Assembly (NCBI RefSeq): GCF_041146345.1
Contig: NW_027191417.1
Location: 496,001 to 560,000 of the forward strand
Reading direction: 5' to 3'
Length of the DNA: 64,000 nucleotides
Origin: Neodothiora populina
Lineage: Eukaryota
Within the stretch, counting starts at the first letter, position 1. Every line of letters begins with the position of its first letter. This document shows, piece after piece, positions 47,248 through 60,729 of the stretch. Position numbers and translations under genes: made by a program. Below the pieces are notes generated by a model, which searched no databases, was not told the DNA's origin, and saw nothing but the letters and a program-made list of their open reading frames with translations.

Positions 47248-48279
47248 ATGACTACTCGACGGTCTAATACCGTGAATGGGGAAATGCCTTCCTCGCCGTC
47301 CAAACCCACGACCAGGCTACAACCCCCCGGCGCCTCGAGCACATCGCCCAGTGTCTCTTCACCATGGTTACCCACGCCATTAGAATGCGCACTGCTGGCC
47401 ACTTATCCTGCGACTCTTGTTCTAGGGTCGCTGTTCAGCGTCTTCAACAGCTCTGCCCGTAACGCACCTTACAGCGCGACTCTGCAGTCCCATCCACCGA
47501 ATCTGGCTCCCAGCTACTTTGCCAAAAAGTCAAACATCTTCAATGTCTTCTTCGTCAAGGTCGGATGGTTCTGGATGACCACTGCCTTTTGTGCATTCAT
47601 ATTCAGCCATTCCTCGCTCGGTCCTCGATTCTCTTTCACTCTGACGCCCAGACGCCTCCGCGCCATCTTGCGGTACTTGCTTGTGACGAGTGTCTGGTGC
47701 GCCGTCACACAATGGTTCTTCGGCGCCCCCTTGATCGACCGAGGATTCAGATTTACAGGAGGACAATGCGAGATCATCTACTCGGACACACCTGGAGCGA
47801 ACCGGAAACAAGCCGCCATGAGCGACACGAGAGAAATCTTCACTCATGCAGCCTGCAAGACAATCGGAGGAACATGGAAAGGCGGACACGACATTTCCGG
47901 CCACGTCTTCATTCTGATTCTTGGCTCGGCAATGCTCTGGCTCGAGATCCTTCCCGCGGTCCTACGCGCATCTGGTCTACGAGAAGACCGACGCATCCGC
48001 ATGCTCGACGGCGCCGTCAAGAGCGCAGCTGTCGAAACCAGGGACTCGATAGGCAACATGCCCGTGCCAGACTCTCAAGACTTGGGTCTAGGCGTCAAGA
48101 TCGCCGTCGGCGTGGCGGCGATGAGTTGGTGGATGTTGCTCATGACGGCCGCGTTCTTTCATACTTGGTTCGAAAAGTTCACGGGCCTGCTCGTCGCTTT
48201 CACTGCTGTGTATGGAGTCTATTTCGCTCCTAGAGCCATTCCCGCCCTTCGAGAGGTCATTGGTATGCCGGGGGTATGA
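47248..48279 (+). CDS. SCS3: FIT family protein (Scs3/FITM2-like acyl-CoA diphosphatase, lipid droplet biogenesis)
   Basis: YFAKKSNIFNVFFVKVGWFW, TQWFFGAPLIDRGF..TGG.C, W.GGHDISGHVF, WWMLLMTA.FFHTW.EK.TG. Confidence 0.9.
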   Translation: MTTRRSNTVNGEMPSSPSKPTTRLQPPGASSTSPSVSSPWLPTPLECALLATYPATLVLGSLFSVFNSSARNAPYSATLQSHPPNLAPSYFAKKSNIFNVFFVKVGWFWMTTAFCAFIFSHSSLGPRFSFTLTPRRLRAILRYLLVTSVWCAVTQWFFGAPLIDRGFRFTGGQCEIIYSDTPGANRKQAAMSDTREIFTHAACKTIGGTWKGGHDISGHVFILILGSAMLWLEILPAVLRASGLREDRRIRMLDGAVKSAAVETRDSIGNMPVPDSQDLGLGVKIAVGVAAMSWWMLLMTAAFFHTWFEKFTGLLVAFTAVYGVYFAPRAIPALREVIGMPGV

Positions 48280-49374
48280 CAAGGGCGAGAACAGGCACGA
48301 AATAGAAGCAAAACACAGTTCGAAAATGAAAAAAACAATGGGGTATGAACAGCATCAGGCGAAGAAGAGGAGCAGTGCCGGACTTGCTGATTGCTGGTTT
48401 CGTTGTATGATATATGTATAGTCTGAGCGCGTAGACAGAGAGCCCTATCAAAGATTAGCAGAAACAACAAATGGCTGAGATAGAAAGTTTTTATTCATAG
48501 TCTCTTCTTGGGTACACCTTTTTTCTCTCTCGCACCATTGAGGTCCCATCTATGAATTTTGATATAGCAAGTATTTCGATGACCAGTAAGCAGGAGTGTC
48601 ACTACATGCAAGTTTGGAGTACTTGATCAGTAGAACAAATGAGTCGACGCTGTAAGCAAGGTAATTCTGACTAGGTACTAACGAGTTTAACAAGTGACTC
48701 GACATGACAACCTTAGTGGTTCGTTTTATGCATCCTGCTAACACGGCGAGTGCTTCGATCCACCCCATCCATCTGATACAACAAATAGTTCTTATCTATT
48801 ACGATAAGCAATTTGATCCAACAAACAGTCTAATGCCGTAAATATTCCAAGGTACCTTGCCTTGAGCAGTCAGATACAATGACTATACCTATAGTCCGAT
48901 AAAGTCCCGTGTCTCAGTACAGAAAGACATACCGTCATCCATTTATTCAATATACCAAGTAGGTCTATTCAATGAGGAGCCTGATATAGTGGATAGATGG
49001 TTCGATACATCCATCTGTTTGTTCGAATTTAGCATCTGATTCTGTACAACAAGCTTCTTCTAGTTCAATCTGTCAATTTGATTCGTCTACCGGTACAATA
49101 CAATGATTACTTTGATATATCCATCTGTCGAATACTGTAGACAGATCATTTCATCAGTCCATGCATCCATCCATCTATACATCCTTTGGATCAGTAAATA
49201 CCACCCTACCACAAGAACCTGGCAACCTTTCAACATACTATAGAGTCTAATAAATCAGTGATGAGGAGTGAGATCTTCCTCTGCATCACATACCTTACAG
49301 ATCAAAGCTTTGGTGTAAGCAAATGACTGCGGGAAATCGTTCAGCGACGCGTCTCATTGGCTTGAGAGCTGTTC

Positions 49375-49725
49375 TCTGTTCGGGTTTGACTTGTATGATA
49401 CTGTGGTTTGATCTGTTCTGTACTTGGACGACTTTGATCTCTATTCGGTCTGGTTGAACTAGATTGGACTCGTTCGTGATTGATTCGATTGGCTTGGCTT
49501 GGATTGGACTTTGCACTGGTGGACCTTGGGAGGACTTGGTATTCGACTTTGACATGGATTGGACTTGCGACTTGAACTGATCTGTACGTTGGGTTTGAAC
49601 CTGTATCTGGATTTGATTGGATAGTATATTCGCCTTGGAGTGCTCTAACTTGGCTTGGTTTTCTTGACTTGTGTTTTACCTGGGTTTGAACTTGGCCTGA
49701 TTTGACTTGAATTGAGACTGGCTGA
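49375..49725. repeat. Degenerate short-period repeat (GACTT/GATTT/GGATT-like pentamers)
   Basis: Dense ttggacttg/gatttgacttg motifs seen by inspection. Confidence 0.6.
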
Positions 49726-49888
49726 TGATGAGGGCAGTAAGATGAGTGACAAAAAACAACAATAAGATAATAGGATATCAACAGCGACATGTAAAAGCAA
49801 GAAACACCTTAGGCCTCTCCTATCACCACGCTCGTGGGCGGGATCAAGAGCAGTTGAAGGAGGCCGAAAACAAGAAGAAAAGCCATTC

Positions 49889-50799
49889 TCAACAGGCGCA
49901 ACCCTCCTTTGCGCCAGCGTCCCTGATACTGTTCAGATTGACCCTCGAATCGCCTCCAGCCTGTGCATCATCGCCGTTTCCACCCTGTCTGGCGCCCGCC
50001 GCGCCGCCCCTGGGTCCCTTGAGACTAGTCTCCGGGATAGCATTCGCAATAGCCGTGAAGACGTCGGTAACGTTGGTGCCATTCTTTGCGCTCGTCTCGA
50101 AGAACAAGAGGTTTTCCTCGTCGGCGTATGCCTTGGCCTCTCTGGTCGATACTTTCCTCGCATCGCCGTTCAGGTCCGCGTCGTCTTCAGCCGCTGTTTC
50201 CGTCGCCGCGGCCGTCTCGTCATCGTCGTCGTCGTCGGCGCCGAGGCCTTCGCTGTCCTCGCCGCATAAATCCGATTTGTTACCGCACAGCGCAATCACG
50301 ATGCCCGGGCTGGCTTGACGCTGGAGCTCGGCGACCCAGTGGCGCGCCTTGACGAGCGAACTCGGTTTCGTCAGGTCGTAGACGACAAGGGCGGCTTGCG
50401 CGTTGCGATAGTACATTGGTGCGAGCGAGGCGAATCGCTCCTGGCCTGCCGTGTCCCATATCTCGAATTTGATCTGACGCGTGGGGAGAGTGATTTTCTT
50501 GGTCAAGAAGGCGGCGCCGATTGTGGGTTCTTTGTTGGGTTGGAAATCATTGTTGACGAAGCGGAGGACTAGTGAAGACTGGTAGGAGAAAAGGATGGGG
50601 AGTCAGTCATTTTCTTAGTATCTTCAATAACAGGAGAGATTGCAGAACCACTGAGCAAGCTATACATGTAAAGAAGAGAGAAAAAGAGAGATGTGCAATG
50701 TGTAAAATAATCGTCAAGTCTCACCTTTCCTACTGCGGCTTCACCCAGCAAGACGAGCTTGACGCTGCTGCTCGGCTTCGGCGCGTTGCTTTCGCTCAT
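49889..50799 (-). CDS. VPS21: Rab5-family GTPase, Vps21/Ypt51-like
   Basis: [64 protein letters not shown] terminus (GCAC); intron 50579-50724. Confidence 0.92.
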
Positions 50800-53700
50800 T
50801 GTAGATTGGGGATAACTCGCTGTACGATTGTAATGCGGTTGTATTTTGTCACAGTAATCCCAGAGAAAGAGAGATGAAGATATGGAGAATAATGTGGCAG
50901 TGATGGTTGGCGTGGGAAGGCGGTCGTCGATGATCGTTGGCTGCCCGAGCTTCGCCGGACTATCGTCGAAGAAAAGATCAAGTACGGTGGATATTATCTA
51001 ATTGTCCACTGCTATGATCTAGCACTGATATTGCTCGGTATTTCTTTTGATGATTATGAGGGAAACAATCCATCAATTGATGGTATACAGCAGGTACAAT
51101 ACAGTACATCGACTGTATCCTATCACTTTCCAGCCAATGACGCTCCTTCATTCCTGCCGCCGAACATCCGCCCGAGAATGAATCAAGTCCTGTTTGTTGT
51201 GTTTGTCTCTCTGCTACTCGACTCTCATATGCCAGCACCCAGCACCCTGTATCCTCCATCCTCTGTATCCGCACTGAACACTTCAAAAACAATCGTTGAA
51301 TGAGATCGTCAGGACCACTCTGCATTACCCTTGCTTTCTAGCTGTTTTTCGAGGCGACACCCGAGGTTGTCGAACTATGACAGCCATCTTGGGCTCAGTC
51401 GACCAGAGAGGATTTTACCATGCGAGTAATGGACCACACCTCACTGCGCTGGCGGAGGCGCGCCTATCGCGTCTTGACTCAAGAGGGAATCTATCCCTTG
51501 ATCCATAATTCGACCGTCTAGCAAATGACTGCGTACAAACGACGTTCGTGGACAGTAGAACCATCCCAGTCAGCGGGGTGTGTTATATATTTGTCCTTAG
51601 TGTTGCAGCCATGGGTGTAGCATCTCTATGCAACATGAGCTGCACTTTTGGCAAATGACAAATACCTACCTATACAAGCGAACCGATGTGATACACGTCA
51701 GCTTTCCCATCACTCCGACCAAGGTAGGCGCTTACCCGTCCGTTGAGACGGCATCACTGTGTTTTTACGTTCAGCGCTCGTCATCCGTCAAACGAAAAGA
51801 ATTCTTGCACGGCAGATACCTCCCTTGTCTCATATAGCCATGGTGTGTGCAGCGAGAAGTTTGGACATCCATCAAGTGGACATTCATCAAGTCAAAGACG
51901 CGTGTCTTTCTTCAATGCATGTCTGCCCTTGCCAATACTCGGCCTCGCAATGAGGTATACTGTACATTGGCATGTCAATATTTCATCTAATACGCCTGTC
52001 GGCATCATAATGGACACGCTGTCCTGTCGGTTGACGTGTTGATGTTGCATTATCGTGCAGAGCCCGGCCAATCCTTCCCTCGGAATCGGCGAATTACAAC
52101 GTGTATCATACTCCCCGGAATTGCCATGTGTTTTGTGCTGTCACTATCTGGCATTCCTCAGTCGTCCCCTATTGCTGGATATTGGTCCGCCGCGCTGACG
52201 CAGCGATAGCAGATCGTGCTTGAGCACTTCATCAATCAGAGCGTCTTTACACCACGCTCGGGGCTCACTGCGAGCTGTCATCCTCCGACTTGACAACATA
52301 GCGGGACAGGGTCGCGATGCTTTCTCCACCACGCGATCTTCTGGAAAACATCAAATTCCCGCTAGAAACTTCTGGTCTGCGTGCAAGGACGACAAGTCAT
52401 GGTCCCAGCAGTAGAGTCGGAAATTCTCATTATGCTCATCGTGCCCATATCCTCTTCCCTCTTGAGTGTTTTCAGCGCTATGTTACTTTGACCATTTTCC
52501 TCCTGTGGCCACCGCCAACACTCTGCGGAGATAACATCGCCGATTCGGGGGCATGTCGATATGACTGTTAGATTGATTGCCTTTCCAAGCAGTGAGTCGC
52601 AGCCATGTCGTTGTCTACGACGGTGGTAGCGATCGACGTTGTCGCTCCGCCACGTTTGTACCTGATCAGCGACGAACCCGCGGAGCCACAGGCATAGCGC
52701 ATGAAGAAACGTTAGCAACAACACATACGCATGGGCCTTTGATTATATTTGCTCAAGAATGTGTAATGGAAATGCACCCATTTTCAGAAGCAAACATTCA
52801 GACGTAATCAGAGACTGCCTGCCGGCCGCGTGGAGTAAACCTGTCGACTCATCCTTATTGAACCCAACGTCTCTGTTTGCCACAGTCTGCGAATTGAAGC
52901 AGCGAAATGATCATACACATCGGTCGGTGACCGAAGACGTGAGTTGTACTGAGTCGGGCCCGCTCCAGCATGCATTCTTTAGAACCCACCCATAGTTGTG
53001 GCTTGTCTCTGCTGCTCAAGCAATCTGTTGAGACTGCTTCTTGAAATTGGCTAGAGCCCCGAAGGAGAAATGATCAGATGGTCACATTATGTGATCTCGT
53101 CGACGGCGTGATCGTCGGTGTTGTCTTGGAAGACCCCAAGATTTGGCATGCATGAGATCGATCAGTGACCATGAGACCCTTGTGCCCCGCGGATGAGGTG
53201 CTTGGAGTTCTTCCAAAGTCCTGCCGTTGTCAGGTCTCAAGTTGTAACGCCCCCCTTCTAGCTGTTCCAGACGTGTCTGCGGAGAGACCAGAAGATGGAG
53301 CGCTCAACACTATGATTTACTAAAATCCGAGCGCCACCTGCGCCCGGATTTGGTACCTTGTCAGAAAGCGCGCGCTGAGTGCAAATGGAACATGATAATT
53401 CGATCAATTAAGACATGCATCCGCCAGACAGGAGCTTGGTTCACAATCTTAGCATGACGTGGGCTACTCGATGACACAGAGCTGTCAAGCCATCAGTGAA
53501 ACAAGTTTTCTTTATCCTTTGCCCTCCTGCTTGCAGAAATATCAACCGGGTACAGACACTGTGGCGTTCCGTGCTACACGTCGATTAGCCTCATATGCGA
53601 ACTGGTGCCGGTAGTTAGGGGCGATTGTCCTGAGTTCGGTAAGCTGCATCTCACGATCCCGGATGTCAGGATACTTGTGCCGCGGGCGCGGGGACCACCC

Positions 53701-55827
53701 ATGTCACCAAGAGGAGAAAATCGGGCGCAGAGGAAGTGATCCCCGTACGATTGCGAGCTTCTTTAGATTGCACGGGCGATGCAAATGCGAGACAAGAACT
53801 ATCGCAAGACTCTGTGCTCCAGCACATGGCAGATATGATAGTCATGTTCGTCAAGCACAGAAAGGAAGGTGTTGATAAGACACGATCCCGGCACGATGTC
53901 CGGGCTTGCTGAGTATGTGTTTGATGTTCCTGGGTCCGAGCACCTGGTTTCCATCTTTCCAGAAAATTGCAGGGAAGAATGCAAGGTGCAGCGTTGTTGG
54001 TTCTCATGCCTTAATTTAATGAGCCAAGTGATGCTCGCCGCCGAAGACGGAGCGCCCACATTGACGAAAGTCCGTTTGACCTTACATATAATCAATTGCA
54101 GAGATCTACAGTCAAGAAGGGAGGGCCAAAACGGGGCATCCGAATCAGTCACGTCGCAGGATCAGACATGTGTGTACAGAAAGTTATGGAGACGTAAGCT
54201 CTAATATTGTGACGAACACCGATCACACACACTACACTCAAGCTACATTCCCAGTTCGATCCAGAAGGTTTTGTCGAAGGCGCGGCAGAGCAGGTATTTT
54301 TGGGACGGTGGACCAGCAATGGATCTGTGGCTGGCGCATAGAAACTTCGGAAGTAAACCTTCTTTTGGGCTTGCCGGGCTGCTAGCGGTTCCCACAGAGC
54401 TGGAGAGGGACGTTAGGAATGGTGATCACGGCCTAGAGACATGGAATCAACCGAGTTTCTGGTGTGCATCCGCGGGTGGCTTTGCTCCTGCAGCGATTCT
54501 AGAGTTTGGTGGTAAGCCCGCCTATCCGTACTCCCCGTCTTCTAGGTCGTTTCTAGTGTCATTTCCGAATGCCGGTCTACGAGTCGTTGGCGCGGATCTT
54601 ATGATGAGGTTCGTGTTTCGGTAGATTGTTCGAAGGGAAATGGAATTAATTTGTGACGTAAAACCTTAGAGGTTCGACGATATCGATTATCGGGGAAGGA
54701 TCGGGGCGCATTGGGACATACATCGCTTGCTGGATGGTGCAAACAGACAAACATGTGATTGACAGTTTTGCAGATTCCCAGCGGTCAGGATGGATCTTAA
54801 CCGGCCGTTTACGACCACCTCTAGATCTTTTTTATCTTGACAGCTGCAAGGCGGCGGCCTTTTGATTGGACTGCATACGGGTGGATGCGAGCAGTCTGCA
54901 GATTAGCGGGTGTTCCTGCATATGGCGGCTCGGGACATTCGGGCTAACCGTTGCTTCCATAGCGGCGGAAAGGATGCTTTAGCCCTACAGGCAAATGGGC
55001 ACCAAGGGGGCAAGCAAAGAGGATCGCCAGTCCCTTGCTCGCCGCTAGGATGCTTTGCTGGTGAAACAACCAAACAGAGCAGGGTAACGCGCACGGTTGG
55101 CTCTATGCGTCATGTCGCGTTCGAAAAAAAAGCACTCATTTCACCTGCTTGTCTCGCTTGCCAGGGTCGAAAGGGGTCGGGATCAGAAGGCACGTATGTT
55201 GTATGGTTTTGGGAAAATGATAGTGAGTAGCCCGAGTAGATATAACCGTAATCCCTTCGCCGCACGAGGTTCGCTTTTATTTTCCATCTCACTATCATTT
55301 GCATCAAGCGGCCGTCCTAAGTCCTGCAAGACCAGCTCCACACACTCCTTCGTGTCCCCCGCTAGTATCTGTGGTAATCTTTTGTGCCTTGTGCTTCTGT
55401 TTTGAGACCTTTTGGGCTGTCATTCCCATATCACCCTCTTCCTACTTAATCCGATCGACCGCCCGCCCCGCCGCGCTTCTCTACTAAAGAGACATACAAT
55501 ATCGCCCGCGCATTCCAAGCAGAACCCGAACTGCCCTTTGCAACCACTCGCTAAAGAGTCCGCCTTTCGTCGAACCCTTCACTTCCTTGCAATCACACCC
55601 ATCAGCACTTTGCTACAGCCAGGACCCGATTAATTGCCTGTATACAACACACACACGCTCACACACATCATCCACCGCCACTACAGTAAGCTCGACCTTT
55701 TTTGGTGCCACCCGACTTCGATAGTTTTATTTTAGACCGTCAATACTGATTGTTATACAAGTACCACCTCGGACTACGCTTTCCCACCTGCCATATGATC
55801 ACCAGGAACCTCGAATCATCTACCAAC

Positions 55828-55890
55828 ATGGGTCGCGGCGCATACGATACGACTGGCACCATCAAGCAGCCTCCACCACCCAAGAAGTAG
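55828..55890 (+). CDS. Putative 20-aa micropeptide MGRGAYDTTGTIKQPPPPKK in a spliced transcript
   Basis: CCAAC-ATG-G start context, C/T-rich leader, and flanking intron-like segments 55686-55761 (GTAAGC..CTGAT..AAG) and 56015-56157 (GTGAGT..GCTAAC..CAG). Confidence 0.55.
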   Translation: MGRGAYDTTGTIKQPPPPKK

Positions 55891-58800
55891 GATGGTGTCT
55901 TTGTTTGTGGATCATCTGCCACTCTTCCTCCACACCACAACGGCAACGGGAGCGTTGCGTGTTTCAGGAGTCGACGGAAGCTGTTCCAGTCGCGCCGTCC
56001 CCTATTGACAAATTGTGAGTACTGTACCGTTCCTTTTCCTACCTGTTATCTTTTAACCTTTTGGCTTTGTGAACGGTGGTGGAGCGCCCATTTGCACCAC
56101 CTTAAGGTTCAGCGTCGGAAATCTTATAAGGACCTCGCTAACCCGCCTTCGCTACAGCATACCCTCCCGAAGTACTATTCTATCTTACCTCATGCATGCA
56201 TGCTGCAAGTACCGGATGCTCGATCCGACGACTTGATTGCTGCAAATTTCCGACGAGAACCTTACACTTCTCGACCATCGCTCTCGCAGCGCAGCAAACA
56301 ACCTCATTGCTGCGTGGGAATTTTCCTATTTTCTTTTTGTCCTTGATACCATGCAATTTTTCTCGCCCATCGTCGCTCGCGCAAACCCCGCTATCGGCGA
56401 TGTTCGCCATCTATCTGCGCTCGCTCCAGCAATTTTCTTCTCTTTCTCTATCCAGCAAGCGTTATCCGTACTACTCTCTCACTATCGGTTTTTCAGCACA
56501 TCTTTCTATTACTGGATCAGGCATTTGGATACGGCGGTAAAGGACAAGGCGACTGGCTTCTCTCTGGCCCTTTACCATCGAAACAACACATTTATTGGGG
56601 CGCAATCATTCTAAGACATTGCAACGCGGATCACTCTGCAGTCCAGGAGCATGGCGTTATCCTTTTTACCTTTTTTTACTCTTTCAATCAACAATGCTAC
56701 AGCACAGTGGCTTCGGCAATCATCTGGCGCAAACAGGATTTTATTCTGTCTTTGGGTCCTTAACGATTTGCAGTACCTTGGTATCGCCGTGGGCACAGGG
56801 AAGAATACGGTGTCGCTTTCTCCGGAGCACTGACCTGGAGTTGTTCAAACGCCGACTAATACTTTGGGGCTATACGCACATCCGGCATGATGCTATAGCT
56901 TCCCACTCCTCTCTGGCGCGCGAACAAATACTATACGGGTCGATGCATGGTCGAGAATGCTTAATATCTTAAGGGCGTTTATCTGTTGCGGATCATTGTT
57001 CACTTTTCTTCGTCGCTTTATTACCGGAAGGGAATGCGACAAATGGGCTTACGGAATGGAAAAGGTCGGAGTAGGAAACTGAAAAGAAAATTGGCGTGGA
57101 ATTTTGGTTGCACTTTGCTCTTTCACACCGCGCGCATTTTTTGCTCTCTGTTTCGATAACTTTTTTTCTAGATACCCCTCATCTTCCCAGCAAAAGAACA
57201 CTGAAACTTTTTATTTATTGCCCGCTTTTCTTTTTCTCGCTTTCTGTCTTCTTCGGCCTATCTTCGTGTTCATGTTATTCGATCGTCCGTCGCTGCTGTC
57301 TCTCGAAGCTTGAGTTTCACCATCGTCACGGGCACGTGGTCTGGCTTTCCGATGAAAGTCCCTGTGCTTTTGCGCCAACTCACCATTGCGACCTGACCGC
57401 GCTGCACATCACACAATCCCGCTTCTTTGCTGCTGGCAATAGAGAAGGGAATCCACCTCGACACCAGAGGAAAAGCCGCCAGCGACGCCTCCTCTTACCC
57501 CTCTCGGCAATCACACGGCCCACGAGTCAATTTGGCAGCACACGGGACACAGAAAACGACAGCCAACACAGACGGTATGTAGTAGCTCATCTTGCCAAGG
57601 GTCCACCTTTGACGCTGTCGAACCCTGGTGCCGTGCCCGCATACTGTATATACAGTAGCATGAAAGTTTCTATCTTTGGGAGAAAGTACGATGATGATGA
57701 TGATGATGATGATGATTTTGATGAGTGGTGGGCATGCATTTGCAGTGCTGGCTGCCGACATATGGGCGTCAGTGTTGGCGCGTATGCGGTAGGCGGCGGA
57801 CAGCCGGATGGACGCACGAACTAAGCAAAGACGACAACGACACTGCCCTATCTAGTCCTGTCTAGTCGTATGCAGGTGCAGAGCAGTGCCGAGTGTACCT
57901 TTTACTACTTTTCCACAAGTAGAGAGGCCCATGCCATCACAGATCCCGCTACTCAGCTCAACACCACTTAGTCTTCTCCTTCGCAACGAGCTGTTGTGTC
58001 CTGGCGGCCCCATCCACTATCGAACCACTTGACCTGCGACTATTGGATCGAAATGCTAGCGGGTCCACGCTACATATATATAGAGTTGTATACCTATAAT
58101 ATAGACAAGGGACGAAAAAAAAGAGCCGACTTGGCCTGGCTCTGGCTCCCCATCTTTCTACCCACCTCTCGTCATGACTACACTATATGTTTATGTTTCG
58201 GGCGCTACTGCATTCTCCGTTGCCTAATTTGACTATCGCATCATCAGCATCATCGTCACCGACTCGACTCACCTACTATATGTACAATGACATCTGTACA
58301 TCCGAGCAGTAGGATCGGAGTAATATAGATATAGAAAGACAGGGTCCTGCAGACCGATGTGCTGCTACGACTTGCTGCTGTTACCGCTGCCGCGGCTACT
58401 ACTGATGATGCTACAATGAATATGCCAAAAGACGTAAGTGACTGCGCAGCGAATGATGGTCATCCATCTAATCCTCGAAAAATTCCCCTTTATTCCCGAT
58501 AAGCAACAACAAAGGCCCTTTCCCCTCCATCCCCGTTTTTTTTTTTTTTCTTCGGTGACCACTGCACATTCCACATTCGAGCATTACAAAGTCACTAGAG
58601 TAATAGCACAAGTAAACAAACAAACAATTGTGTCCTCTAAATTTTTTTTTGTTTTGCCTGCATGTTCTCACAACCCTCTCTCCTCCCCCCTCTCATCTTA
58701 TCCATCTATTTCATCTATCCACGAACCGTTGGACTTTCTAGGGCTTTGCAAGCGCCAATCGCGCTTTAGCGGGTTCGCTGATGGGCTTTATTCTCGGCCG

Positions 58801-60729
58801 AATATCGTTGCGCGGGGCTAAATGCAAGAAGAGGGCCCTTTTTTTTTAGTGTGTCCTGTGGTCAGTTGTGGTGCAATCATGCATTGCATGTATGTATGCG
58901 CGCGCATATGCCTGCATGCATGTGCGAGTGCGTGACCTCTTACTTCGCCCCCGCTGAGCAATACCTTATCTGTTCACTGTATCTATCCCGTGTCGCTGTA
59001 CCTGTATCGCTCTTGCTAATGTCTATCGCGAGAGGGAGAGATAAGGAGAAGAGGAGACGGCAAGTACAGGGCTTCGGAAGCGGGTCTTAGTTATGATCCG
59101 TCGTGCTGCTGCTGTGTCGCTTGCATTGCACTTATTGAGGTAGGCTAGGCATGTATACGATTCCTCCAGCGATGAAGGGCGAGAGAGATACAAAAAGAGA
59201 GAGGAGATGTGCTACTACTCACCTCCCTCCGATCACGTCACTCCACTGGCCTGGCATACAAGTACAACTTGCCGTATGTTCATCAATCGAAGAACCCACT
59301 TCATCTCTCTCTTCGTGTCTGTACTCCATAAAACAAGCAGTGTAGATGCTCGGTCATGCCATATGCACCACATACATACATTGCATACAGTAGTACGGTA
59401 GTACATACAGTACGATATATGACACGAGAAAGAGAGCCCACTAAAGCCCACAAAAGAACGAACCGTCCCGCACCCGCACTGTACGCTCTGCGTTCTCTGC
59501 TTGCGGACCCTGTGCGCAAGGTAGACAGTACTTGTACTGTATGTAATTACCTGTGCAGTATGCATGTAGACTAGTCTAGTACAGAAGGTGAAGGTCAAGG
59601 TGAGGGTTATTGTCGGTCCAGGCAAGATAATCGGTCGAGTCGGCGTAGGAAGACCCCACTTTACAGTAACAGTAAACAACAGACTCGAGCGGCAAGAACA
59701 GAGAGAGGGGGAAGAGAAGAGAGCGGCTCTCTGTTTATCTTCATCATCATTATCGTGAACATCGATGACAGGAGAGTTGCCGCGGTTCAGATTACCCCTC
59801 TACCTCGACTCCCACTATGGCGTTAAACGCGGAATGGGGTCCGCAATTGGAGCTCTTCCTGTTTGTTCCTATGCCCTTTCTACCTTACCTACCTACCTGC
59901 ATTCCTGTACCTAGCCTTGGGCCCGAGCCGGGCGGTGGGTATACTGTACTTCTCAACTTACTCTGCATAATGCGCATACTGTGAAACACCACTTCCATAT
60001 CTTTGCTTCGAGCCTCGGTTTGGGCCCGGGTATGAGAGTAGAAGCATGGATGAATAAATGGACGCAGACGGGTGATTCTGATTGCGCTCTGTCGTGCATT
60101 TGCAGGGTGCATGTGCATATGCGTGCATCGCATTACATACTGCGTGAAGCTTCAGCCTGCTATTTCTTACGCTGGTTGATGATTCTTGCCTCGAGTCTGG
60201 AGTGCCGCGAAGTACCTTTTGAGTGATATGCTGTTTATCAAGGAAAGGTGTAAGAAGTGTACGCACGGCTTCTGATCGTTAAGGCCTTATAAGGTCTGAA
60301 CAATGGCGCGGCGTTCGATATCTAGATCTTGTATCCGCTCTTCTACGTCTCCAGTTCCAGTCTTTGGTCCGTAGCTCTACCCCCAGCCGGCTGCTCTAGC
60401 TAAGGTAGGTAGGTGGAAGATCAGAGCAGAGCAGGCTGGTGTGCTACGAGGCAACTGACTCGTTGGTTTAGTTGATGGGTGGGCTCTGTATGATTAGTGG
60501 TTAGTGGTTAGTGCTTGCTGTGCTACTTTTAGGATACTACGAAGAAGCGACGAAGAAGACAATTGTAGCTGATTGCCGAAGTGACTAGACTAGTCGAAGT
60601 AAACCAGGGTAGGATTTGGTTGATGGATGAATGAATAGATGGGTGGGGGAGGTGTTTGGCTACAGTAGGTTGGTAGTTGCTTTGCGTATCATGAGTCGGT
60701 GGTGTCTGTGCCTGTGTCGGTATCTTTTG

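Noticed and set aside
53323..53351. Isolated inverted repeat AAATCCG-A-GCGC-CACCT-GCGC-C-CGGATTT
   Set aside because: A single short hairpin with no context; compatible with chance or a lone transcription factor site
56351..56614. 87-aa ORF after the second intron as the main CDS, which would make the 20-aa ORF a uORF
   Set aside because: UTR-like composition, no motif, and preceded by several out-of-context ATGs; not excluded without Ribo-seq
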